Below are positions 1 to 13,487 of a DNA stretch of 64,000 nt, one piece after another. Made by a program: the position numbers and the translations under genes. The notes beneath the pieces were generated by a model. That model was not told where the DNA came from. It worked only from the letters and a program-made list of their open reading frames with translations, and searched no databases. Position 1 is the stretch's first letter; each line of letters opens with the position of its first letter. Origin of the DNA: Azolla caroliniana. Lineage: Eukaryota > Plantae > Polypodiophyta. The stretch spans positions 9,734,001 to 9,798,000 of the forward strand of contig JBHGNT010000009.1 in NCBI GenBank assembly GCA_043228905.1, read 5' to 3'.

Positions 1-1074
1 CGAGTGCGTGTAGAGCATGTGGCCTCCCGTGCTAGAATGGCGGTTCACATCGCGCCGAACTGTGGTGCGAGGCCGCTGAGGCATATTTGCACCATCTCAT
101 CATCATCGATATTTACGCTTATCGAGCCAAGTGAGTCATAAAGCTCCTTGATCTTCAAGGTGTATGTCGTGATGGACATGTCCCTTTGTTGAATGTTGTT
201 CAACTCTTGGTGGAGTTGAAGCCTTCTTGCGGTTGTATTCGTCGCGAAAATCTTTCATAGATTTTCCCATGCCTCCTTCGGCGTCTTGGCTTCACAAATG
301 TAGCCAAGCATGTGATCGTGAACACATGTCGCCAAGCAATACATCACGCAGCTTGCGGCTTGCGTCTTGCGTCTTGCTCTCATGTCACGTATCTGGGAGC
401 CGTTTCGATGAGTTGGTCTTCGTGCGCTCCTTTGATGTAGCTCCAATAGCCTTGTCCGACAAGGTATTGATGCATCTTGTACTCTGAAGATGCGAAGTTG
501 TTTCGATCCAACTTCTCAGTAGGGAGAGCGGTCCCCATTTGAGTATTCATTATGTTGATTATTCTTCATCTCTCTTCGAATGCTAGCTATGTAGCGAATC
601 TACGATAGCCATGAGCCGGTTCTTGGTCTTCGGCGTAGGACACAACGCACACAGATGGGCTAGATCGAGCTACCAAGCCGCTCTGATACCATGTAAAGAA
701 TCAAGAGATGGATTCTATGCAGCGAAATAGATATGAGTTGTGTGTGTGTGTATGTGTGTGAGAGAGAGACAAGGAGTAAGACACAGAGAATACGAAAGGT
801 AAAGTATATTAACAAAGGAGAAAGACTTAACATTATACAAGGTGGGAGGAGGGTGCTTTATATAGTCACCCTCTCTCTTCATTAACTAGAAGACTCATGG
901 AGCATGGGGAATGTGAAAGCTCATAAGTTATGTGTCATAGAATATGATTCTATGACTCATACTAATTGCTAGAATACAAAGTGGTGACATAATGGTCACT
1001 CTTGACCGTTGGAGTGTCTATTCATTCTCAAGGTGAGTTCACACACTAGACCAAGTTGAGCTTGATTCTCAACA
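1..1074 (-). mobile_element. Ty1/copia 5' end (5' LTR 692-1074, tRNA-iMet PBS 680-691, degenerate gag); runs off the window start
   Basis: TG...CA-bounded LTR; GCTCTGATACCA (reverse complement TGGTATCAGAGC) abuts it; ORF 255-446 'HDHMLGYICEAKTPKEAWENL' is copia gag-like. Confidence 0.85.
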
Positions 1075-4000
1075 ATCTTATCCCTTGGATTTAATAATAT
1101 TGATTTTTGTTATATAAAAGATAAAACTCTTGGTGTTGCATTTTACGTCAAGCTTAGATATATTTATGATTTGTCAAGGAATCTTAAATTGGTGCTTTGA
1201 ATTGAAATCTAAAGATCAAGTGCTTGAGATCTTTAAGAGTTTTCATGCAAGTGTTGAAAGAGAAACTAGAAGGAAGTATTCATGCAAATAATGGTGGTGA
1301 ATATTGGGGTCCATTTGAGCAATATTGACGTGGTCATGGTACTGGGCTTAAAACAAGTGTTCCAAAAACACCTATGGCTAAACGACTGAATAGAATAGTT
1401 TGTGAGCGTATAAGGTGTATGTTGTCTCACTCAAAATTGCCTAAACTTTTTTGGGGTTACGGAATGAGGACTCCAAATGATCTTATAAACTTGTCTCTGT
1501 TAGATCCTTTGGATGGTAATGTTCGAGAGATAGTTCGAATAGGGAAACATGTTTCACATAAGCATTTAAGAGTGTTTGATTGTAGGGTTGATATTCACAT
1601 CCGAAAAGACATGCTCCAGACATGCTAATCGCTTTTTAGTTCCATGTGTATGGTGACAACCTATTTTCACTTGGTACCAAGTTTGTTGTAAACTTCATGG
1701 TTCAATGATTTCACCGTAAGAGTGATGAAACTTTGGATATTGACATCGTCATTCAAATTTTAAGAATGGTAGACCCTAAATACAATAGGGTGTTGTTTGT
1801 ATTTGGATTCCCATACTTATAATCAATGTTAATTAAGGAAAAAAGAATATGATCTCATTTCGTTTTGTGTGCTTGTCAATTAGAATCTTTACTCCCCTTT
1901 TTCAAATCAAATAAACGTATGCAATGCCAACATTATTCAACTATTTGTAGCGTAAAAAGTAAAAGTAAGTTGTGCTAGTGCTTAGGAAAGTAGGTTCATA
2001 GTGCTTTGGAAAGTGGATATGAACCGTGGCATGACTTTTGTCAATTCCAATATATGCTCCTTTCCAAAGCATTATTGGCTAGTAGAAGCCCAATTAAAGA
2101 TTCTAATATCAGAATGCCAATTTCTAAGTCTAAGTGGATGGATACCAATGTATTTTTCACATTTTTGGCAACCTATGCAACAAGCCCATTAATTCAAGAA
2201 TAATCTTGGTTTGTTGCTTGTGAGTGCATACTTTCTATGTGTTATCACGTACATGTATTCTTACGAAGGTATGCATCGATATATAAATGTGAATGTCTTA
2301 TGTATATAATGGTATTTGGCAACACCTACTCCATATTTTCGTAATTTATCTTCTAGGACTAGCTTCACATTATTAGAAAGAGATGAGATGAGAACTTGGG
2401 AAGTCACCTCGTTTGAAGAGCAAGTTGTGAACGTCTCCATCGATGCTCCAAAAGGAATATCCCCTAAGCCTCTTTTCGAGGAGGTACTGGACCTTTGCAC
2501 CTATGGTAATGGGATCATCGAAACCAGCCCAAATGGTTGTATTTTGTGAAACCAGTGTCCAATAGCAGTATGCGGAAACCGTGGTTTTATCCACGGTACA
2601 AGTGCCATTAGCCGCACTCACGTCGGATTGAATGTCGGAAAACGTTGGCGAGGAATCTGAGTTCAAAGTGGGGGCTCCTACGCCATGTATCGCGGGGTTC
2701 TCCAAAACCCAAGTGTATCCGTAAGCGGCGAGCCCAAGAAGGGCGGACGGAGGGGGAAGGCTCGCATTTAGCCACTGCTCGACACCGTAATGAATGGTGG
2801 CGATTTGTTGGGTCGTATTGTCGTAGAGCGCAGTGTGTTCAGCAGTGGGTGTGGACTCCCAAGTTCCGTGGAGATCGTATGCCATTAGAGTTACCCAATC
2901 CAAATAAGAGCCGATTGCGGCCGTTGGGTACGAGCGATCCCCTAGCCCATCAAAACTGACCGTGGGCCTATAGTAGACAGCAGCAGTTAAAAGCAAGGCT
3001 GGAGATTGCTCCTTGGTTGCCGTCCCCCACTCCTTGAACAAGAGGCCCAGGTTGGCCATGTCGGTGGGTGACTGGGGATACTCCCAGTCGAGATCTAGGC
3101 CGTCGAATCCAAAGGATCGTGCCACCGAGATGCTGCTGTTGATGAAAGTCGCCCGACTCGTAGGTGTTGCCACCATGTTGGAGAAAGACGTAGCATTGGA
3201 GCCCCCACCACCGATGGACAGGAGGGTTTTGAGAGCCGGATTGGTCGCCCGGACGGTAGCCGAGAAGGTCGAGATGGTTCCGTATGTGTCATCGGAGCCC
3301 GTCTTCACGTGGTACGTGACGGGGTCCATGGACGCGAATGCATAGTAGAGATGAGTGAAGAGCGTGGTGTCGATATTTGACGGGGTTACCCCACCTCCGA
3401 AGTAGAAATAAGCACTCTTCACGTGGGATGTCGACCGGTGCCCAGTGGTTGCCGTACATATACATAAGGCTTGTAGTATGAAAACGCATTGAAATGAAAG
3501 AGGCCATGGTTGGAGAAATTTCACCATATTGAAACTGGCCTTTAGCTTCTATTAATAACCATATATATGATGTATGCAAAATGTTCATACTATGGAAAAA
3601 AATCGAGAGAAGCTTCCCTAAGAAGACACGGTAAGACACCCATGCTTAGAGCAAAAGAAGTTTCAAGCGTGAATGCCTTCATATCTCGTTATTGTTGATG
3701 AAATTTTCTATATATTAAAACAACGTAGTTCGTGATCATTCTTATTGTGAGGACCACCATATAATAATCATTGAAAAGTCGTCCATGTAAGCTATAAAGG
3801 AGCGGACAACCATAAATGTTGGATCAATAACTTCATCTAGATCTAGAATTGGAATTGATACACCACCACAAAGTCTCAATTATCATGCGTATGCTTTCTA
3901 TTTTATTGAGAGCCTCAATTTTCAACAAACGATATAGGTATAGAGACCACATCGTTAATACGTCAAATAATGTAGCGAACAAGAACACGAAAGCCAAAAA

Positions 4001-4128
4001 AATGTCATTGGTGCCTACAAATCAAATCATATCTAGTATTTGACTTACAAGCCATAAGTTGAACCAATATGTTTTACAACATTGACATGTATTAATCTAT
4101 ATTTGATATAGCACTACAAAATTCTAAT
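1075..4128. repeat. Tandem duplication copy 1 (decayed copia integrase, partial LTR, chitinase gene and its upstream region)
   Basis: Colinear high identity with 6200-8971; the left end is cut by the copia LTR ending at 1074. Confidence 0.92.
2373..3527 (-). CDS. GH18 class V chitinase, secreted
   Basis: 384-aa ORF with hydrophobic signal peptide, [16 protein letters not shown], catalytic [11 protein letters not shown] (DxxDxDxE), MAYDLHG, chitin-insertion-like region and [10 protein letters not shown]. The true C-terminus may be spliced (possible donor AG|GTGACT near 2408). Confidence 0.93.
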   Translation of the reverse strand: MVKFLQPWPLSFQCVFILQALCICTATTGHRSTSHVKSAYFYFGGGVTPSNIDTTLFTHLYYAFASMDPVTYHVKTGSDDTYGTISTFSATVRATNPALKTLLSIGGGGSNATSFSNMVATPTSRATFINSSISVARSFGFDGLDLDWEYPQSPTDMANLGLLFKEWGTATKEQSPALLLTAAVYYRPTVSFDGLGDRSYPTAAIGSYLDWVTLMAYDLHGTWESTPTAEHTALYDNTTQQIATIHYGVEQWLNASLPPPSALLGLAAYGYTWVLENPAIHGVGAPTLNSDSSPTFSDIQSDVSAANGTCTVDKTTVSAYCYWTLVSQNTTIWAGFDDPITIGAKVQYLLEKRLRGYSFWSIDGDVHNLLFKRGDFPSSHLISF

Positions 4129-4859
4129 CTATAAGCTGTGGAATAGGAATTTGCAGTTAGTTATAATGTCTTTTAAGACATAAGAAGATACCTTGTTTCC
4201 ATCATGTCAATTTGTAAAGAAGATTTTATCCATTTTTCTCCATGAGAAGAGGATAGAAGCTTTATAATCTCATATTACTTTTTCTATCAAACAACATATT
4301 AAAGTTCATACATGTGTTTATGATATTAAAAAATGTGGGGGGTTTTCCACTAAAATGGAACCCACAACTATAAAGGTAACAAGTCAAATGCAGGGGATAT
4401 TTAAGTAATTTCAACAATACTTTTTGCGTATTCTTAAAACGAAAAGATAAAAATTAAAAAAACAACAACAAAAACAAAGATAAGAAAAACAAAGTGAAAA
4501 ATAGAAATAAAAAACCTAGAGTTTGTGTGAGAGAAAGAGAGACCAAAACAAAAAAGATAAAACAGACGGCGAAAGTGATGGAGGAACCTTGAGACCATGT
4601 CGATCTCGACTAGCACCAACAACCTACTCTTGTCAATTGTGAAACAATCTTCTTCTTGTCATGATACAATGACATACACGGACACTTGACCATGGATACC
4701 ACACAATACTCACATATAAAAGTAAACCTTCCTATCTTCTTCTTAGTTCTACGTCAAGGTAGGTGTGGGTGGACGTAGGATAACAAACAATGATATTGAG
4801 GGTGGTTTGATTCTGATCTAATCTCAAGGAGACGTGCTCAAAAATTCTACTAATGTCGG

Positions 4860-7005
4860 CTATGTTTTGCTTCCATGTGTATAGGGATAATGCATTTTCA
4901 CTCGGTACCAAGTTTGTTGTAAACTTGATGGTTTAGTGATTCCACCATGACAATAATGGAACTTTGGATATTGACATTGTCATTCAATTTGTATGATTGG
5001 TAAACCCTAAATACAATTGAGAGTTTTTGTATTTGAGTTCCATATTTATAATCAATGAAAATTACAGGAAAAAGAAAATGATTTCATGTCTTTATGTGTG
5101 CTTGTTGATTGAAATTTTGACACCCCTTTTTCCGCGGAGTGGTATTAGAGACAAGGTTCATATGTTCTATAAGATTAGAATATGGATGAATACCTCACTA
5201 GGATGCTTATGTTGGTTACCAAAGTAAAATATGAGGAATTTATTATGATGCAAGGATGTGTGGTTGTCGATACAATGTAATATGGCAAAACGTGAAAATG
5301 TAAATGTAGGGACTTGGGAATTCATGCATTTTAAAACAATCATGTATATATGGTGATTTATTGACATGAGTTTATATAATAACTTTGATGGTTAAACCAT
5401 AGTAGATGTGTCATGTGAGGAAATTGAGAGTGTATTCGAAACTAAGAATGCTAGGAACAAAGTTTTTGTATTTAGAAATATAGTAAGATTGAGATATGAG
5501 GATGGCTCAAGTATGATAGAGCACCAAAATGTATTTCAAGGGTTGATCAATCAAAGTATCTCCCTAGAAGTACCTCTAGCAGATGAGGTATTTGCTTTAT
5601 TTTGTTAGGCTCTCCTAGATAGTTGGGAAACAATTGTGGCTACACTTGAGAATTTAATACCACGAGGAAAGTTGATGTTGGATATACTTCAATCTAGTCT
5701 AGTTAAGGGAGAAGCAAGATGAAACGAGCATGATTCGAGCTTTGATTGTAAAGACACAAGAACCACCTCAAAATGAGAAATAAGTAATACCTACGGTCCA
5801 CAAAATAATAGAAATAACTTTAGGGGGAGGTTTAAGTTCAAAAATAATAATGATTTTAAGACAACTTCCATGCATGTATTATGGTGACCTCCACATCATT
5901 ATGGGAGATATTTCTAAAAGAAGAAGGGAGACCAAAAAAAAGGAGCTACTGACAACAAGGAACCATTATTGTTTGTGATGATGATTGTGTCCCTTTAGCA
6001 TGTTATGGTATCTAATGGAAAGGTCAATGTCGCTAACAAGAATTACTTTATTGAGTTTTGGCACATGAGTAAAAAAAGACTAGAGGTTCTGGCAAGGAAG
6101 ACTATAATTCTACATGAGGTAACAAGTATGCATTTGGAAACTTGTCTTGGCTAATAAACAACATAGAGTTTCTTTTCAACATATACCTCCCAAAAGAAAA
6201 TCTCATCCCTTGGAATTAATGATATTGATTTGTGTTATATGAAAGATAAAACTCTTGGTGTTGCATTTTACGTGAAGCTTAGATATATTTATGATTTGTC
6301 AAGGAATCTTAAATTGGTGCTTTGAATTGAAGTCTAAAGATCGAGTGTTTGAGATCTTTAAGAGTTTTCATGCAAGTGTTGAAAGAGAAACTAGAAGGAA
6401 GTTGAAATATATTCATGCAAATAATGATGGTGAATATTGGGGTCCATTTGAGCAATATTGACGTGGTCATGGCACTAGGCTTGAGACAAGTATTCACAAA
6501 ACACCTATGGCTAAACGACTAAATAGAATAGTTTGTGAGCGTATAAGGTATATGTTGTCTCACTCAAAATTGCCTAAACTTTTTTGGGGTTCCGGAATGA
6601 GGACTCCAAATGATCTTTGAAACTTGTCTCTGTCAAATCCTTTGGATGGTAATGTTTGAGAGATGGTTCGAAGAGGGAAAGATGTTTCACATAAGCATTT
6701 AAGAGTGTTTGATTGTAGGGCTTATATTCACATCCGAAAACACATGCTCCAGACATGCTAATCGCTTTTTAGTTCCATGTGTATGGTGATAACCTATTTT
6801 CACTTGGTACCAAGTTTGTTGGTGTAAACTTCATGGTTCAATGATTTCACCGTAAGAGTGATGAAACTTTGGATATTGACATCGTCATTCAAATTTTAAG
6901 AATGGTAGACCTTGAATACAATAGCGAGTTGTTAATTAAGGGAAAAAGAATATGATTTCATTTCATTTTGTGTGCTTGTCAATTAGAATCTTTACTCCCC
7001 TTTTT
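4860..7005 (+). mobile_element. Old internally deleted Ty1/copia (Tnt1/Tork-like): LTR part, PBS, gag, integrase, LTR part; no RT/RNase H
   Basis: 4870-5135 is homologous to 6770-7005 and 1640-1905; PBS-like TGGTATTAGAG at 5140; ORF 5408-5608 matches the gag at 52125-53366 (GSSM.EH.NVFQGLI.Q..SLEVPLADEV); integrase remnant 6180-6740; left LTR start uncertain. Confidence 0.75.
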
Positions 7006-8971
7006 CAAATCAAATAAACCTATGCAATGCCAACATTATTCAACTATTTGTAGTGTAAGAAGTAAAAGTAAGATCTGCTAGTGCTTAGGAAAGTAGGGTC
7101 ATAGTGCTTAGGAAAGTAGATATGAACCGTGGTATGACTTTTGTCAATTCCAATATATGCTCCTTTCCAATGCATTATTGGCTAGTAGAAGCCCAATTAA
7201 AGATTCTAATATTAGCATGCCAATTTCTAAGTCTAAGTGGATGGATACCAATGTATTTTTCACATTTTTGGCAACCTATGCAACAAGCCCATTAATTCAA
7301 GAATAATCTTGGTTTGTTGGTTGTGAGTGCATACTTTCTATGTGTTATCACGTACATGTATTCTTACGAAGGTATGCATCGATATATAAATGTGAATGTC
7401 TATGTATATAATGGTATTTGGCAACACCTACTCCATATTTTCGTCATTTATCTTCTAGGACTAGCTTCACATTATTAGAAAGAGATGAGATGAGAGCATT
7501 GGGAGGTCACCTCGTTTGTAGAGCAAGTTGTGAACGTCTCCATCGATGCTCCAAAAGGAATATCCCCTAAGCCTCTTTTCGAGGAGGTACCGGACCTTTG
7601 CACCTATGGTAGTGGGATCATCGAAACCAGCCCAAATGGTTGTATTTCGTGAAACCGGTGTCCAATAGCAGTATGCGGAAACCGTGGTTTTATCCACGGC
7701 ACAAGTGCCATTAGCCGCACTCACGTCGGATTGAATGTCGGAAAACGTTGGCGAGGAATCGGAGTTCAAAGTGGGGGCTCCTACGCCATGTAGCGCGGGG
7801 TTCTCCAAAACTCAAGTGTATCCGTAAGCGGCGAGCCCGAGAAGAGCAGACAGAGGGGGAAGGCTCGCATTTAGCCACTGCTCGACACCGTAATGAATGG
7901 TGGCGATTTGTTGGGTCGTATTGTCGTAGAGCGCAGTGTGGTTAGCAGTGGGTGTGGACTCCCAAGTTCCGTGGAGATCGTATGCCATTAGAGTTACCCA
8001 GTCCAAATAAGAGGCGACTGCTGCCGTTGGGTACGAGCGAGCCCCTAGCCCATCGAAACTGACCGTGGGCCTATAGTAGACAGCGGCAGTTAAAAGCAAG
8101 GCTGGAGATTGCTCCTTGGTTGCCGTCCCCCACTCCTTGAACAAGAGGCCCAGGTTGGCCGTGTGGGTGGGTGACTGGGGGTACTCCCAGTCGAGATCTA
8201 GGCCGTCGAATCCAAAGGATCGTGCCACCAAGATGCTGCTGTTGATGAAAGTCGCCCGACTCGTAGGTGTTGCCTGATCGGTGCCCAGTGGTTGCTGTAC
8301 ATATACATAAGGCTTGTAGTATGAAAACGCATTGAAATGAAAGAGGCCATGGTTAGAGAATTTTCACCATATTGAAATTGGCCTTTAGCTTCTATTAATA
8401 ACCATATATATGATGTATGCAAAATGTTCATACTATGGAAAAAAATCGAGAGAAGCTTCCCTAAGAAGACACGGTAAGACACCCATGCTTAGAGCAAAAG
8501 AAGTTTCAAGCGTGAATGCCTTCATATCTCGTTATTGTTGATGAAATTTTCTATATATTAAAACAACGTAGTTCGTGATCATTCTTATTGTGAGGACCAC
8601 CATATAATAATCATTGAAAAGTCGTCAATGTAAGCTATAAAGGAGCGGACAACCATAAATGTTGGATCAATAACTTCATCTAGATCTAGAATTGGAATTG
8701 ATACGCCACCACAAAGTCTCAATTATCATGCGTATGCTTTCGATTTTATTGAGAGCCTCAATTTTCAACAAACGATATAGGTATAGAGACCACATTGTTA
8801 ATACGTCAAATAATGGAGCGAACAAGAACACGAAAGCCAAAAGAATGTCATTGGTGCCTACAAATCCAATCATATCTAGTATTTGACTTACAAGCCATAA
8901 GTTGAACCAATATATTTTACAACATTGACATGTATTAATCTATATTTGATGTAGCACTACATAATTCTAAT
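6200..8971. repeat. Tandem duplication copy 2
   Basis: Matches 1075-4128 apart from a 260-bp deletion in the chitinase and small indels. Confidence 0.92.
7467..8370 (-). pseudogene. GH18 class V chitinase pseudogene
   Basis: Paralog of 2373-3527 with CAA>TAA at codon 6, a 260-bp frameshifting deletion at 8274/8275 (equal to copy-1 3172-3431) and TGG>TGA at 7812-7814. Confidence 0.93.
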
Positions 8972-9066
8972 GTAAACATTAATATAACTTATTGAACTAT
9001 AGTTAACTTTAAACTTTATGACCTTAACTTTTGGAGTTCATTATATAACTAATCATAAAATAAAAA

Positions 9067-9092
<26 letters not shown>
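9067..9092. repeat. (GT)13 microsatellite
   Basis: Direct reading. Confidence 0.95.
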
Positions 9093-9100
<8 letters not shown>

Positions 9101-9480
9101 CATCCTTCTAGGTTAAATGTGGTTTATGGGAACTATCGAGGAATTCATAAACTAGAAATGTGAATTTACAATTACGGCTAAGATGAGATGCTAATGTTGC
9201 TATAAGTTAGGATATATTAGAAAGCTAGAGAACCAAGCTTGAATTTGAAACGGGTGACGCAATGAAATAAAAAGTGTTTGTTCACTTAAAAGATTAGGTT
9301 GACACTCCTTGCCAAAATATGGATAAGATGTAGATATAAAAAAAATTACCTTTAGTTGTTTGTGTTTGTTCATGTCCATACTAATTAGATATGAATTCAT
9401 GTAGGTTTTGATGACAACCATTGGGATCCATTTCTATGAAGTATATAAAGCATGTCCAAACCACATAAGATCTAATTTTA

Positions 9481-10745
9481 TTGACAAGATTTTTATTGAT
9501 ATATGCATTGTGTCCTTATGTGCTTGGTAGCCGTCCTTGGTTGAATTGGGCTTCTATGGATGCATCAATAGCAGGTAACGTTCTATCATGGGGATGCTAT
9601 GTTATGAATCAACCGTTACAATCTTTGTCGAGGCTTTCAGTTCGAGGAAGTGCCATTATGTGCAATGATATGCAAGTGGCATTGGGACAATTTATGGCTT
9701 CATGGTTCCCCTCTAGCAACCAGATTTGGTTGGGTTATTTCTCTCCTTTAAAAGTTATTTTAGGAGCTAAAGTAATTAACACTACGGGTGATGTAATATA
9801 TTTTAATGTGGATGATGATGGTAGGCTGTGGCATGTATTTTCTAAATCAGATGTGTGGATGTCCGCCAATGTTTCAACGATTCGAGTAGTTGCAAGATCT
9901 GGAAAAAAATGGTTCTTGGATCCACCCTTTCAAGAATGCTTACGGTGTTGTTCATCGTGGGTTTTTCAAAAAAAGCCACTTTATAATTTGGATTGGGATC
10001 CAGTTGATTATCAATGGAAAAAACCAAATGCTAGTGGAAATGGTAAACACTTGGAGTTTTTCCTGTATTCAGTTAAGCTAGGTAGAAATTTATTATTGCA
10101 ATCAAAGTATAAATGCCCTGCTGCCATGAAGCATTGGACTGCAAATAATGTGAATACATTGCAACTTACAAAATTTTGGAAATGGTTGTGGAGTATGTAG
10201 TTGCCGAAAAACTTGATTTGTTTTCGTTGGTTGTTGATGCATTATGCTCTTCCTGTTAGTGATTGGTTGAGGCAAAATCAGCAATATGCTTGTGGAATGC
10301 ATTGTGGTGCATCTATGGAATCTATTTTGCATTTGTTTTGGTTATGTCCCAAAATCAAGCAATTTTGGAGTAAGTTGTTTTTATTACTGAGACACCATTA
10401 TGCTCGTTCTATCTTCTCGTGGGGTGTAGTATTATGGGGTGTCCTTCATGGAGATGTTATGAAGTATGAAAGTATGTATGCTTCTCATGTTTTTCACTTT
10501 TCCAATGGGTATGAAAGTATGCATGCTTATGGTATGAAGTGGCATTTTGCCATACCTTCTTTTTTATTGCATAGCTTGTAGATTGTGCTCCATTTGTTCA
10601 TTATATGATATCATCTGTTTGATCAGATGTTGGTATTAGCTTTTGTATTACAATAGAGGTGAGATGAAATGTCTCCTTCTATTTTCTATATGTACATTTC
10701 TCAAGTAATATACTAAGGTGTATCTTTCTTAATAATAATAAAAAA
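9481..10745 (+). mobile_element. 5'-truncated LINE (L1-like) ORF2 C-terminal remnant
   Basis: ORFs 9481-10200 and 10201-10581 are in frame across one stop; zf-RVT-like motif FWKWLW...CGMHCGASMESILHLFWLCP..KQFW; (AAT)n-A tail at 10730-10745; 5' boundary uncertain. Confidence 0.7.
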
Positions 10746-13155
10746 TCTCTAGGGACAATACTTTTGATGGTCACAATGAGCTACCAAACTTTCATCAACT
10801 CAACCTAATGCATGTTGTACAACCATGAAAAACTCAACATGAGTTCATATACACATAATGCTTATCCTAGGAGACTAAACAGATGCTCAAGAAGAAGCAT
10901 GCATAATAGATGGATCTATGAATATAACATTGATTGGATGAAGAAATAGCACCATATATTGAGTGAAGACCTCCAAGATTTTTGAGGCATAAAGGGCATT
11001 GCCAAAAACTTTTGGGAAAACTGTTGAAATATTTTTTCTAGGGTTAGGGTTACCGTGAGAATACACAAATGTAAATAATCGGGAATGATTATGTGCAACG
11101 GAAGTGAACTATGTGTGTAATTGTACGTAAGACAGGCAGAGAGAGAGAGATTGAACAAGAAACTCTATATTAGCAAAGAGATAAATTACATCCAACAGTA
11201 ATAAGTTACAAAGAGTTGGTTTAAATACCAACTAGTAGTAGGGCAAGTGCCCTTTCTACTAATCACAAAACTAGCCTAATATGATGTCTACTGGCTAGTG
11301 TGAACACTATCCCTATGGGAAGTTGATTTTGGTTCTCAACATGCCCCTTCGAACACAACTTCCGGATGTTGAAGGGTTGATTTGGTTTGATCCTCAAAAA
11401 TCTTTGATTCGGCTTATTCGACTTTCGGAAGGTTAGTCGACATGGCTTTGACTATTCGTGTGCTTCGTGCTCCTTGTTTGGCTCAATTGTCATCCTACTT
11501 CGACTCCTCTAGTTGGCATCGATCGGTTGAATCTGAGCTCTACCGCAGTTTTTCGGTATGCTGTTTCTCGGTGCTCCCCCTCAAACACGACTTGTCTATG
11601 ATCAAGAGACCAAGGTTCGTCGCGAACTAGCTTACCTTGTTGATACCCAAGGTTTTTGTGAAGATGTCGGCCACCTCAAGATTCATAGTGATGTGTTGTA
11701 GATCGACATCATTAACCTAAACACACTCTCGGATGAAGTGATAGTGCACTTCGATATGCTTGGTCCCCACTTGGTACGCGTGTGGAACACGGGGTTCCGA
11801 GCCAGGTTGATACTACTCATGTTGGCACAATATAGGAGAATCAGATCTTTGAGGGTAATGCCTGGATCATTCAATATGCGCTTTCGCCAGACGGCCTCCC
11901 ATGTGGCGACTATCGCGCCCCTGTATTCAGCCTCTATGCTCGACAATGCGATTGTCAGTTGCTTTTTGCTGATCCAAGAGATCGCTCCGCTACTGAGGGA
12001 GAAGACGAACCCCGATGTTGATCGTCTGTCGGCTTTATAACCGGCCCAATTGGCATCTGTGTACCCTTCGAGTCGAATGATCATGTCTGATTTGTACATG
12101 ATGTTGAAATCCATCATCCCACAGACGTACCTAAGTACCCTCTTCGCTTTTCAATCGAGATGAACATTTCAAGGATTCTGAATGAATTGTCTAAGTAGGA
12201 TGACCGAATAGTTGAGGTCAGGCCGTGTGATGGTTAGATAGATTAAGCTGCCGATTAGTTGAGGATACTGAGTTGACTCACAATCTTTTGTTCCCGAATC
12301 GGCATCAAGCTTGAGATTTCAATCGAGAGGGGTCAACACAGGTTTACACTCAGGCATCCCGAACTTGTAGAGGAAGTTGAGAATGTAGTGTCGTTGTGAG
12401 ATCAATATCCGGACTGGTGACCGAATTACTTCGATACCGAGGAAGTAATGGATCTCATGCATATCTTTCATTTTGAATTTGCGGGATAGAAGTGATGTTA
12501 CCTTATTAATGTTAGCTAGATTCTTTCCTCCAATAACCAAATCATCCACATACAAGATGATTACGATCGGGTAGTCCAACTCATTTTTTATGTATAGGGA
12601 GTTGTCTGATTTGGTGAAGATACTGGGTGATCTTTGAATGCCCAGCACACGGTGCTTGCTTGAGTCCATATAATAGTTTCTTGAGATGGCAGATTGCTGT
12701 CGGATGTTTGCTCGATTTGAAACCGGGTGGTTGAATCATGAAGATCTCTTCTTCTAATTCGCCTTGCAGGAGTGAGTTGACTCAATGTCAATCGAATGTT
12801 CGTATTTCGGCATTGTGGCCTTTCCTTTACCTAAGCTCGGACTCGGCCGAGATGTGCTTTGGTCACTTGGGGGTTCTTGTGGTCCGCTCAACCTTGTCAT
12901 AATCGAACTTTCTTCGAACATGTGTGCAAGTCGATCTTCATCTTCTATCTCTTGTTCGGCTGATTTCGAGTTGATGAGGGTAAGAGTCAGGATCGTCTCT
13001 AGTTCGTACCAGGATGCCGATTCGTCGAAAACCACATCCTGAAAAACTTCTCATGACGGGTTACATAGTGTACCCCATAGGTTGTACATCTATTCATGAG
13101 ATAGACGGTTGTGTTAGTTGCTTCTGCCTAGTACGATTTCGACAGGTTCCTCTCC

Positions 13156-13487
13156 GTTGAGCGGACAAGCTCAACCAGATTCGGATCAGCTGAATAAGTC
13201 GGAGATGGATCAATATCCGTATTGGAGAACCAGATAGGTATCCAGATCGGTATCTAGAACCAAGAGCCAGATCGGAGAGACGGATCGGATTGTAACCGGT
13301 AGGCCGTTAGGAGTTAGTGTTAGTCGCTCGTATGAGCATTGAAGTACTTGTTAGTCCTTCTGTTAGTCCTTTTAAGGACTTGTATAAAAGATGTTCTATA
13401 GGACATTTGTATGTATAGGAGAGAAATGAAGGTTTAATGGAAGCTTAAGAATACACAGTACACGGGAGAGACAGAGAGAGCAGAACA
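13156..13487 (+). repeat. Fragment of a copia 'family B' LTR with its 3' part inverted, replacing part of the host integrase
   Basis: Matches LTRs at 25888-26285 and 54876-55315; 13431-13487 is the reverse complement of the U5-side segment. Confidence 0.7.

Noticed and set aside
2645-3639. Alternative-frame and antisense ORFs over the chitinase
   Set aside because: Shadows of the GC-rich chitinase CDS.
9481-10581. Host protein-coding gene
   Set aside because: The zf-RVT-like motif, internal stop and A-rich tail point to a LINE remnant.
11039-11051. Interstitial telomere
   Set aside because: Only about two TAGGGT units; too short to support.
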